A stretch of DNA of 64,000 nucleotides from contig CAYHIK010000003.1 in the NCBI GenBank assembly GCA_964356795.1, positions 19,004-83,003 of the forward strand. The letters are read 5' to 3'. Below, piece after piece: positions 47,114-55,441 of the stretch; the first letter of the stretch is position 1, and every line of letters starts with the position of its first letter. Both the position numbers and the translations under genes were made by a program. The stretch comes from an uncultured Candidatus Saccharibacteria bacterium. GTDB lineage: Bacteria; Patescibacteriota; Minisyncoccia; 2-02-FULL-40-12; GWA2-44-9. A model generated the notes under the pieces. That model searched no databases and was not told where the DNA came from. It was given only the letters and a program-made list of their open reading frames with translations.

Positions 47114-47365
47114 TTAATTACGATAGACGATACGCCCACGCAATCTATCTGGGCTTAGTTCAAGGGTTACCTTGTCGCCGAGCATTACTTTTACATAATG
47201 AAGGCGCATCTTGCCCGCTAAATACGCAAGCACCACGGCTCCATCGTCCAATTGGACTCGGAACGTGGCATCAGGTAGGGCTTCAATAACCTGTCCGATA
47301 ACTTTTGGTTTTTTCTGGTCGTTCAAGGAAACCGTTTTGACTGCTCTTGGGCCACACGAATGCAT
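47114..47365 (-). CDS. infA: Translation initiation factor IF-1
   Basis: [57 protein letters not shown] is the S1-like IF-1 fold. The true start may be the internal TTG that would give about 69 aa. Confidence 0.85.
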   Translation of the reverse strand: MHSCGPRAVKTVSLNDQKKPKVIGQVIEALPDATFRVQLDDGAVVLAYLAGKMRLHYVKVMLGDKVTLELSPDRLRGRIVYRN

Positions 47366-47408
47366 GCCTTTCAGAGCCCGTGTATATTAGCAGATGGCCG
47401 ACCTCGTG

Positions 47409-49379
47409 TCAATAACTCTCGGGGACAGCCGCGTCGTATTGGATGTCTACGAGGATTTTGGATAATTCCGAGGGTACGGAGCGGACCCAAAATGGAGAAA
47501 GCGAGATGGTGGCTGATCGGAACTCCTCCTTATTTCTAAAGAATTCGCGGACACGTTCCCCCTCCTTACCGGCGATACTCTTCTTAACGAGTTCGATATC
47601 AATGGGCTTAAATGCGGTCCCTTTGATGCGCACCGTAAAGGCAAGCGTATCAAGCTCTCGTTTCAGAGTGACATCGGAATAGGAAAGTATTACAAAGTCT
47701 GGTTGAACAAAAAGCCGAGCGCTGTTTAAGAAGGATTTTGCTATGAGCGTATCGAGATCGGAGCGCCGGAATGCCACGGTTGAAAGTGTACCAGTGGCGG
47801 TTACCGTAACTGCACCAGCAGCATCATCTGGCTGTGCGGTTGCTTGGATATCTTTAAATTCTGGCGTGTCTTGGTTCACAATGGTGAGTTCTGAGCCTTG
47901 CGCACCGAGCGCAGTCTTGATTTGCTCTTTCACTCCTTCGATTGCTGCTTGCTTTGCGGCGTCAAAATCGGCTTGTGTCACGACGCTCGATGGACCACTT
48001 GCTCCTCCGGTCATTGGTTGCTCCGAGCGACCGTAGAATTTCGCCGCCTTTTCGGTGTCCCCGCTTTCGCGGAATGCCACAATCGTAAATGAGCCGGCAG
48101 GAACGTTGTAGTCTGTGCCAGGTTTATCTGCAATAACATCAACGCTCATTGAGCCAGGTGTCGGAGTTCCCGCTTTTACTGTGCTCCCTGGAACGGTCAC
48201 TGTCTGGAGCGTTCGAAATACCTTGCCATCGGAAGATTCAAATCGTGTTGTTGCGACGAGCGACTGGGGACTCGAGGAGTATTCGTTGTAGATGGTTATT
48301 TTGCCACGAGCTTTTGACGCGACGTCGCGGGTGCCCGTTGCCTGAACAGTGTGCGAGTTAGTCTTGGTGACCTCGAGGAGCTGTCCGGGAAGCTTGAGGA
48401 ATGCCTCATCAATTGATGCAAATGTATCCGACGTTTGCACGGAAAGCGTGGTATCAATGGGAGAACCTACGGGGATAATTGAAACATGTGCGCTGCCAGT
48501 TACCATATATACAACAGCAGCGAGTACTACGCAGGAGCCGAGGAGGATTGATGCGGCGACCCCTTTTGACATATGCGACGATCCAACGGAGGCAGTCCGT
48601 GTGAATAATCGAGACCATAGCGAGGGTGTGTGCGGAGCCATGCGTCCGTGGGTGTTGGGACCGAATCCAACTTTATCTCGCCACATGGCATCGATGTAAT
48701 CGAGTTCTCGGGCGTTCTCAATCGCAACCTTCTCTGAGCGTTCTGCTCGGCCAGATGGATTCATAATCCTATGAGGAAGTCCGCCACGCACGCCGTCTAC
48801 AGCGGCTGCGAGTTGTGCCTGAATGGCGTTTTCCTCGGCTGATAGCGAGCGTACGAGCTCATCATTGGTCGCGTGGAGATCGGCGGCTAGTGGACGATCA
48901 GGCGCGCCATCCGCATCCTCATCTACGTGGTTTCCTTCGGCATCTTCGATGTGCATTGTGGGCAAGAGGTCTTCATCTTCTTCTTTTGATGACCCCATCG
49001 TTTCATCGGATGTAAGCGGGGTCGCGTCACCAAGGTCGGCGGTATCATTGAAGTCCTGCATGTCGTCGTCGGCTGGGAGTGGTTGGGTTGTGAGCGTCGC
49101 CTTCACTGGCTTTTCGGCCTTGCTCTTACCGGCTGACATAACATTAAACCCGAATTTTCGGGCTAGTTGGGCTGTGAGCGGATTTGCGGTGAGGATGGAG
49201 ACCGTTTTTGCACCTTGCGTGGATTCTGCTGCAAAGGCTGCAAAATGATCTTCGTGTCGAAAGAGCTTCCCATTACGAGGAAGCACCAAGATAACCTCTC
49301 CAGCAGCCGCCTTTCGAAATAGCTCAAGGATATCGTTGAACGAGTCATCCTTAAGTACATTGATAATTTTGACGCTCAT
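47409..49379 (-). CDS. Hypothetical large membrane protein (656 aa) with three regions: a cytoplasmic N-domain, an acidic linker/TM segment, and an extracytoplasmic beta-rich domain
   Basis: Start refined to the ATG at 49379. One TM helix around VAASILLGSCVVLAAVVYMV. No family recognised. Confidence 0.55.
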   Translation of the reverse strand: MSVKIINVLKDDSFNDILELFRKAAAGEVILVLPRNGKLFRHEDHFAAFAAESTQGAKTVSILTANPLTAQLARKFGFNVMSAGKSKAEKPVKATLTTQPLPADDDMQDFNDTADLGDATPLTSDETMGSSKEEDEDLLPTMHIEDAEGNHVDEDADGAPDRPLAADLHATNDELVRSLSAEENAIQAQLAAAVDGVRGGLPHRIMNPSGRAERSEKVAIENARELDYIDAMWRDKVGFGPNTHGRMAPHTPSLWSRLFTRTASVGSSHMSKGVAASILLGSCVVLAAVVYMVTGSAHVSIIPVGSPIDTTLSVQTSDTFASIDEAFLKLPGQLLEVTKTNSHTVQATGTRDVASKARGKITIYNEYSSSPQSLVATTRFESSDGKVFRTLQTVTVPGSTVKAGTPTPGSMSVDVIADKPGTDYNVPAGSFTIVAFRESGDTEKAAKFYGRSEQPMTGGASGPSSVVTQADFDAAKQAAIEGVKEQIKTALGAQGSELTIVNQDTPEFKDIQATAQPDDAAGAVTVTATGTLSTVAFRRSDLDTLIAKSFLNSARLFVQPDFVILSYSDVTLKRELDTLAFTVRIKGTAFKPIDIELVKKSIAGKEGERVREFFRNKEEFRSATISLSPFWVRSVPSELSKILVDIQYDAAVPESY

Positions 49380-49459
49380 CGAGTGCGAATATTCAGACGA
49401 TTCAGTATACCGCACTCTGTGCCCACGTAAAACCCCTGAATGTGGAAGAATAGTGAAAA

Positions 49460-49488
49460 TTGACAAAACCTATATAAACTGCTATAAT
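49460..49488 (+). promoter_or_regulatory. Consensus sigma70 promoter TTGACA-17-TATAAT
   Basis: -35 TTGACA at 49460-49465, a 17-nt spacer, -10 TATAAT at 49483-49488, followed by AGGAGG at 49495-49500 and the ATG at 49509. Confidence 0.7.
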
Positions 49489-49508
49489 GTATATAGGAGG
49501 TCATTCAC

Positions 49509-49703
49509 ATGGACATCTACGGATATCGGCTTCCTGAAGAGGAGCCGTATCGGACGGCGGCAATCGTAGCAGTCGTCGCGATGCCGATCGTCGCACTCGT
49601 GGCAGTCGGGTTCGGTGCCCGTGCCGCCGGGCGCAAGTTGGCCGAGTTGGCCGACGAGCGTGCCATCGAAAAGCTGGCCCGCGCCGCGCGAGGGGTACGG
49701 TGA
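49509..49703 (+). CDS. Small hydrophobic protein P1 (64 aa, one TM helix plus an amphipathic basic tail)
   Basis: Consensus SD AGGAGG 8 nt upstream of the ATG. The DNA is very GC-rich (high GC3). Confidence 0.4.
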   Translation: MDIYGYRLPEEEPYRTAAIVAVVAMPIVALVAVGFGARAAGRKLAELADERAIEKLARAARGVR

Positions 49704-49855
49704 GCCCGGCCTCGGTCGACTTCGCGGTTTTCGCGGCCCTCATCATGGCCCTGATCGGCATCAGCTTCACCGTCATGGGGATGCTGGCCGGTCTGGTCGG
49801 ATACTGGATCGACGGCTACAAGGGAATCAGAATCGTCGTTCGGAGTCGGCGATAG
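49700..49855 (+). CDS. Possible small membrane peptide P2 (51 aa; GTG start overlapping the P1 stop as GTGA)
   Basis: Hydrophobic. However, GC-rich DNA produces open frames by chance. Confidence 0.2.
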   Translation: MSPASVDFAVFAALIMALIGISFTVMGMLAGLVGYWIDGYKGIRIVVRSRR

Positions 49856-49989
49856 TGTCGCCCTGGGAAGTCATCCCTGCTCTCGCGGTGATGGCGATGA
49901 TTCTACTCGCGCGGCTCATCCCCGCGCTCCGTGCCCACTTCGGGTATGGTGCCAAGCGACAGCGCATCTACCCCCGACCCCGCGTCTAA
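49855..49989 (+). CDS. Possible small membrane peptide P3 (44 aa; GTG start overlapping the P2 stop)
   Basis: Hydrophobic. Its stop lies inside the terminator hairpin. Same caveat as P2. Confidence 0.2.
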   Translation: MSPWEVIPALAVMAMILLARLIPALRAHFGYGAKRQRIYPRPRV

Positions 49990-49998
49990 CGCGGGGTC
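49969..49998 (+). terminator. Rho-independent terminator
   Basis: Hairpin ACCCCGCG-TCTAA-CGCGGGGT followed by CGTTTTTATTT. Confidence 0.7.
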
Positions 49999-52988
49999 GT
50001 TTTTATTTCTATAACGTTGCGAAGCGTGCAATACGCGCAGTCTGTATCGGAGCACCGTCGATTCCAGAATGATAGTTCTCGTATTTCATGCGCAACACTC
50101 ACGATGGATTCCTCGAGTTCTTGCACTGCGGACGATGAGAGCTCAAACACTTCTCGGTGCCATTTTCCCCTATCATCGGGTTCGACAAAATCGATGACAC
50201 CCGTGTGCGTTTTGTATGTTCCGTCCTGCCAGCGGTCGAGTAAAAGTTTATAGAATGTAAGTTGCCGGAAGTAATTCCCATCGCCGTCTTTCACTGAGCC
50301 CACGATGTGTGCCCGCGACTTCGGCTTCCCTGTTTTATAGTCGATAACAATCACGGAGCCATCAGAGTTCATATCCACCTTGTCGATTTTGCCGTTCAGG
50401 ATAATCCCATCCCCTATTTCAACAGCAGGTATTTTGAGCTGGTTGAGAATTCGCGGATGCCATGTCGTGTGGTATTTCTCGTAGTATCCCTCGAGCGCCT
50501 TTCGCCCGCGCGCGCGCCCAGCTTCCAACTCGGACGATTGCATGGGTTGGTGCTGGAGGAATCGTTCGAACAACTGCACGAGATGCTCCTTTGATTTCTT
50601 CTCGCCGGCAACGTATGCGTCAAAATACTCTTGAAGCGCACGGTCGACAGCATTTCCGTACATGAGGGCAAAGCTTGAGGCTTCGGGGATGCGAATCAAA
50701 TTTGTGTAGAAGTATCGCCACGGACAGGTGAGGTAATTATTGAGCGCCGTTACCGATAACCCGTACCGATTAAATAATTCATTGAGAAATGTCTTATCGG
50801 TAGCAAGGGGGACGCGCTGGGGTGCGGCATCGAATCGTTTTGATTGCTCCTGAAGCCATAATGCTCGAAAAGCGTTGGTATCGATATGCGATACAAGCGT
50901 TGGATTGATGTCTGAAATATACCGAGCAGGGAGCTCTTCTCCGCCGTCGAGCGTGTGCGTGCTGTGCGCTATGACGACTTCGTGTCGTGCACGCGTCAGG
51001 GCGACGTAAAATAGGTTCCGTTCGTCGTCATCATCCTCGATTGGCGCAGTTGCGCGTGATTGGACGAAGAGCGAAGGAGGTAGCTTGATGAGTTCTCGTC
51101 GCTTACGAGAGCCCCACCGACTATCAACTGTGTCTATGATGTATACATATGAAAACTCAAGCCCCTTACTCTTGTGCACAGTCATAACACGCACGCGATG
51201 TGGTGCGAGCGCGCCCTGAGGAGCGTGTACGGGGATACGATGCTCGCGGAGAAAGTCGAGATGCTCCACAAATTGTGCGAGCGTAAGCGCGCGATTGCGT
51301 TGCACGTGCGAGCGGAGCATATCGTAGAATGCGTGGAGTCGCGCAAGAGAATCAGGCGCATCGACGCTACGCAAAAGCGACGCAAGCACACCGGACTCTC
51401 GAATAATCGTCTCAAGCGCCTCTGTGGACTCGGGCTGCGCCATGAGTCGTGACCAGTGCGTCATGCGACTCGCAAGCTGTTGAAGTGCGTCGGGGTATTC
51501 AATGCCCGCTTCATGCATGGCGGGAGAAGATCGCATGATATCGTACGGATTTCTACCACCTCGACAGCATTCGATGAGTTTGTATACGTCGAGCGGATCA
51601 ATAGCGAGTACGGGAGTATGGAGCGCCTCATAGAGCGGTCGCGACTCTCCGAACGCTCGCACCGCATCAAGGATGAGTGTGAGCTGGTGAAGATACGGGT
51701 CCGAGAGCGCATCTTGTTGCGAGGAAATAGAATAGGGAACGGCTTGGCGTTGGAGAAACTCCGCGATACGCGCGACTCCTGCGTTGTCTCGCACGAGGAC
51801 TGCAATATCATCGGGACGAGCTCCTTGCTCGATGCGTTCCGAGATATGACGCGCAATCATCCAGCACTCTTCGTCGGGGTTATCGCACGTCATGAGCAGA
51901 ACGGGCGTAGTCGACTCCCGTTCTGCCTGCGCCCGAAGGCCACTTCCGGCGCTCGGACGTATCCCCTGTGCCGCATCGAGGATGTGTTGGTGTGAGCGGT
52001 AGTTATCCTCAAGCTCGATGAGCTGTGCATCGGGGTACAGTTTTTGAAAATAGAGGAAGTTTTCAAGCGATGCTCCTTGGAACCGATAAATAGCCTGCTT
52101 CGCATCGCCAACTACGAATACATTCGGTCGCTCCCAAAATGATGCAAGAAGCTCAACAACTTTATTTTGTGCGTTGTTGGTATCTTGATGCTCGTCGACC
52201 AGAAGATAGTGGTGCTTTTCTTGGAGCATGAGGCGAAGCGATTCATCGGATGCGAGCACGCGTGCCGCCTCCATTACCATGTCGTTGTAATCGTACAATC
52301 GCTCAGCGCGTAGAAGCGCCTGATATCGTGTGTAGACGTCTGATAATTCGCGCACTTTTCCAACCTGCTTTAATTGGTCCTGATATGCTCCCTTCATAAC
52401 TCCCTTATATGCGCCCTTCTCATGATAGAGATCGTCGGAGCTCATCACGATAGATTCTTCGCGAGTTGCCACGTCTATAAGGCGCTCGGGCGTAATACCC
52501 TCTCGCTTGAGCGTATTGATGGCGCCGACAATTGCTTTGAGGTAGAGGTCGGGCGCATTCACGGGTCGCAGAAGTGGCAGCGAGGGGTGCTCCTCGAGAA
52601 TCCGCTGAAGATAGAGGGCTTGATCTGCTTCGGTGATTGATGCCGCCCCCGCAATCGCTCCAAACGACTCGGGATACTCTTGAATAATAGAATTACAAAA
52701 TGAGTGAAATGTGGTAACGGTCACGCGATACGCATCGGTACCGATGAGCGCGGCGAGACGCCCCTTCATCTCGGCAGCGCCAGACTCGGTAAACGTCAGC
52801 GCGAGGATTGCTTCGGCGGGGGTATCAGTGCGAGCAAGAATATTTGCGATGCGGAGCGTGAGAATATTGGTCTTTCCCGTGCCAGGTCCGGCAATTACCA
52901 TCACCGGCCCCTCGATTGCATCAACCGCCTCGCGTTGACGAGTATTGAGGCTGCTATAGGCGCTCTCAAATGCCTCAGTTGTTTTCAT
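49986..52988 (-). CDS. UvrD/PcrA-family SF1 DNA helicase fused to a C-terminal PD-(D/E)XK nuclease domain (AddA-like single chain)
   Basis: N-terminal AGPGTGKTN Walker A and the UvrD motifs. The C-terminal GKIDKVDMNSDGSVIVIDYKTGK plus QLTFYKLLL is a RecB-type nuclease core. 1000 aa. Confidence 0.8.
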   Translation of the reverse strand: MKTTEAFESAYSSLNTRQREAVDAIEGPVMVIAGPGTGKTNILTLRIANILARTDTPAEAILALTFTESGAAEMKGRLAALIGTDAYRVTVTTFHSFCNSIIQEYPESFGAIAGAASITEADQALYLQRILEEHPSLPLLRPVNAPDLYLKAIVGAINTLKREGITPERLIDVATREESIVMSSDDLYHEKGAYKGVMKGAYQDQLKQVGKVRELSDVYTRYQALLRAERLYDYNDMVMEAARVLASDESLRLMLQEKHHYLLVDEHQDTNNAQNKVVELLASFWERPNVFVVGDAKQAIYRFQGASLENFLYFQKLYPDAQLIELEDNYRSHQHILDAAQGIRPSAGSGLRAQAERESTTPVLLMTCDNPDEECWMIARHISERIEQGARPDDIAVLVRDNAGVARIAEFLQRQAVPYSISSQQDALSDPYLHQLTLILDAVRAFGESRPLYEALHTPVLAIDPLDVYKLIECCRGGRNPYDIMRSSPAMHEAGIEYPDALQQLASRMTHWSRLMAQPESTEALETIIRESGVLASLLRSVDAPDSLARLHAFYDMLRSHVQRNRALTLAQFVEHLDFLREHRIPVHAPQGALAPHRVRVMTVHKSKGLEFSYVYIIDTVDSRWGSRKRRELIKLPPSLFVQSRATAPIEDDDDERNLFYVALTRARHEVVIAHSTHTLDGGEELPARYISDINPTLVSHIDTNAFRALWLQEQSKRFDAAPQRVPLATDKTFLNELFNRYGLSVTALNNYLTCPWRYFYTNLIRIPEASSFALMYGNAVDRALQEYFDAYVAGEKKSKEHLVQLFERFLQHQPMQSSELEAGRARGRKALEGYYEKYHTTWHPRILNQLKIPAVEIGDGIILNGKIDKVDMNSDGSVIVIDYKTGKPKSRAHIVGSVKDGDGNYFRQLTFYKLLLDRWQDGTYKTHTGVIDFVEPDDRGKWHREVFELSSSAVQELEESIVSVAHEIRELSFWNRRCSDTDCAYCTLRNVIEIKTTPR

Positions 52989-53039
52989 GACAGAATCATA
53001 GCGAATATCCCCCTTCTATGCACGAGCCAGCGTCCGCTG

Positions 53040-53999
53040 CTATTTCTCGGTATATGTACGCATTACGTCGTAGACCTGGGCGGGTGTTTTTACCCCCATA
53101 AGCTGTGCGCGAAGGTGGGCAGCGCCCGGCCACCCCGAAATATAAACTTTGTAGAATTTTTTCATGAGATCGAATGATTTTTTCTCACCCCAGTGCGCCA
53201 CCCATGCCTGCGTATGAGCTATGAGGAGCTCGATGCGCTGTTCTTTTGTGATCGACTCGGCATCAATTGAAGGATTAAATATCCAGGGGTTATGAAAAAT
53301 GCCACGTCCCACCATCACGCCATCAACTCCTGATTCTTGGGCGCACTCTACGCCCATCGCGCGACTCATGATATCGCCATTACCGACACAGAGAGCGCCA
53401 GCTTCGTGCGCCATAGTCGAAGCATCTGCGATACGGTCCCAGTGTGCGGGCACTTTACTCATTTCCTTTACCGTTCTTCCGTGAGCTACGAGGACATCTG
53501 GCTTCGCATCGAGCACAGTAGTGAGCCACGACTCCATTTCATCGATATTCGATTTTCCAATTCGTGTTTTTACCGCAACAGGCAGTCCGCCGGCACCCTC
53601 TCGGAGCGCATGAATAAGTTCTTTTGCGAGCGTGCCCTGACCAATAAGCCCTGCGCCAGCGCCTTGCTTCATAATCGAACGGTCAGGACACCCCATATTA
53701 ATATCCACGCCATCAAATCCGAGCTCTCTCGCGAGTGCGCCAGCGGAGAAGAGGTGTTCTGGATTCGTGCCAAAAAATTGCGCAACGATGGGGTGGTCGG
53801 TTTCGGTGAGTGCCAAATCAAGCATGAGTCGTTCACGACCCGCTGATACAAGGCCGTGTGCTGATACGAATTCGGTATAGAACACATCAGGGCGCCCACA
53901 GCGCGCGACAATAGACCGAAATGGTGCATCGGTTACATCCGCCATGGGCGCAAGTACGAAGAATGGCTTCGGAAGCGTATGCCAGAAAGAAGTCTTCAT
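53040..53999 (-). CDS. dus: tRNA-dihydrouridine synthase
   Basis: VLAPMADVTDAPFR N-terminus and the Dus TIM-barrel motifs. The start was refined to the ATG at 53999. Confidence 0.85.
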   Translation of the reverse strand: MKTSFWHTLPKPFFVLAPMADVTDAPFRSIVARCGRPDVFYTEFVSAHGLVSAGRERLMLDLALTETDHPIVAQFFGTNPEHLFSAGALARELGFDGVDINMGCPDRSIMKQGAGAGLIGQGTLAKELIHALREGAGGLPVAVKTRIGKSNIDEMESWLTTVLDAKPDVLVAHGRTVKEMSKVPAHWDRIADASTMAHEAGALCVGNGDIMSRAMGVECAQESGVDGVMVGRGIFHNPWIFNPSIDAESITKEQRIELLIAHTQAWVAHWGEKKSFDLMKKFYKVYISGWPGAAHLRAQLMGVKTPAQVYDVMRTYTEK

Positions 54000-54063
54000 A
54001 GATATATAGTACGGAATAGAAAGAAAGACCGCCACCCCTTATGGGATGGCGGACGCTACTAAC

Positions 54064-54432
54064 TTACTTCGTCGCCTCGATGAGCGGGACGACGGATGGA
54101 ACTTCGCACTCCGCGACACCGTTTGCGTACCACGCACACGTAATTTCCGTGGGCTTCAAGGAGATCCACGTCAGGATGATGTCGGGCTGCTTCGTGATGT
54201 ACTGCTCTCCATCGCAGGTAAGCTCGAGAACCAGATCATCCGAGTGGATTTGATTACCGATTTTCACCAACTGCCTACCCGCGATCGTCGCCTGTTTCGG
54301 AGCACACGAACCCGAGGCGATTTTGGTATTCGCCGTAACGCACCCATGGGAAACGAGCGCGAGAACTGTAAAGCTCACTGAGACGAATATCACGAAAAAG
54401 CACGACGAAAAGCTTATGAGGAAGCGTCTCAC
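54064..54432 (-). CDS. Hypothetical secreted Cys-containing small protein (122 aa)
   Basis: Signal/TM N-terminus. No family recognised. Confidence 0.4.
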   Translation of the reverse strand: MRRFLISFSSCFFVIFVSVSFTVLALVSHGCVTANTKIASGSCAPKQATIAGRQLVKIGNQIHSDDLVLELTCDGEQYITKQPDIILTWISLKPTEITCAWYANGVAECEVPSVVPLIEATK

Positions 54433-54908
54433 TGGTCGCCATCCTTTGTGCGCGTGATTGTGATGCCGGGACAGATTCCGTCATGGAGCTTACCCGCATA
54501 CACTGCGAGTGCGCCATGGAGCGTTGGGGTATCGTCTCGATCCTCGCCGAATATCTTGCGATAGTCGTCGTCAAGCTTGCGATCCATTACTCTCCACCAT
54601 GCCACCGCCACCAATACCACGAGCCACGTAAAGATGCAGCCGAGCGTGATGGCGTACGCCTTGATTCCAATCAGACTCACTGGAACGAGGAAGAATGCCG
54701 TCAGCGCCGCGAGTAGTGCGAGTCCATTCATCAGAATGGCAAGCGGAAACCACACCAGAATCGTGCGCATGTAGGGGCACAGGTTCGTGCTCACGGAGTC
54801 ATTGTGATACTCAGTGATTGAACGTTTTTCGAAGAACTCAGCGACGATGGGTTCAGCCCAGAGATAGAGCCGAACGTGCCATCGACGGTCTTGCCAGGTG
54901 AATGTCAC
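54429..54908 (-). CDS. Hypothetical membrane protein (159 aa)
   Basis: Two or three TM helices. No family recognised. Confidence 0.4.
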   Translation of the reverse strand: MTFTWQDRRWHVRLYLWAEPIVAEFFEKRSITEYHNDSVSTNLCPYMRTILVWFPLAILMNGLALLAALTAFFLVPVSLIGIKAYAITLGCIFTWLVVLVAVAWWRVMDRKLDDDYRKIFGEDRDDTPTLHGALAVYAGKLHDGICPGITITRTKDGDQ

Positions 54909-54962
54909 GTGGCCTCCTTTCGACGCAACTAGAATATACTAATAATACAAAAAGTCAAGACC

Positions 54963-55424
54963 TTATTTCGATGAGGTATCGATGTATACCGAGTGAGACT
55001 CTCTCCAGAGCGAAAGGGATTCTGCGACTCTACGCCGTGCGATTTCGGAAAATCCATTTGGAATCGTCATATCTCGAAGGGTGGTCTCTTCCATATCAAG
55101 CACATGAGCGGCGTTGAAATGCTGTCTGAGCTCTCCTGAAACCAGCAAACAATCCTCACCCTGTTGCGGGGTCGTGTCTTCGTGCGCGTCGATGGTTGCT
55201 CTTCGAATGGCACCTGTAGCGTGATTCACGAGGAGCCACATACGAATCTTTTGAGCCATGCCGTCTCCTCGCGGGCTTATCTTGAAGTTTACCGTATGGA
55301 GTGTGCCCTGCTTCATGGCGTTATCGAGCGTGCGAACATTTGCATCGAGAATCTTTCGATGCTGCTCGAGCTCCGTGCGTTTCTCTGAACCTTCTGAATC
55401 TCCTGTGTGTGATGATTCAAACAT
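54963..55424 (-). CDS. Hypothetical protein (153 aa)
   Basis: ORF co-directional with alaS. No family recognised. Confidence 0.4.
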   Translation of the reverse strand: MFESSHTGDSEGSEKRTELEQHRKILDANVRTLDNAMKQGTLHTVNFKISPRGDGMAQKIRMWLLVNHATGAIRRATIDAHEDTTPQQGEDCLLVSGELRQHFNAAHVLDMEETTLRDMTIPNGFSEIARRRVAESLSLWRESHSVYIDTSSK

Positions 55425-55441
55425 ATGATGCGAGTATCGTG

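Noticed and set aside
49615-49989. A 124-aa ORF spanning the GC-rich cassette
   Set aside because: The N-terminal two-thirds is a Pro/Gly/Arg-rich sequence typical of chance open frames in GC-rich DNA. There is no start context. Only its 3' end (P3) is considered, and with low confidence.
52704-53846. Plus-strand ORFs of 157 aa and 169 aa antisense to the helicase 5' end and to dus
   Set aside because: They are antisense to well-supported genes with conserved motifs, and they have no start signals.
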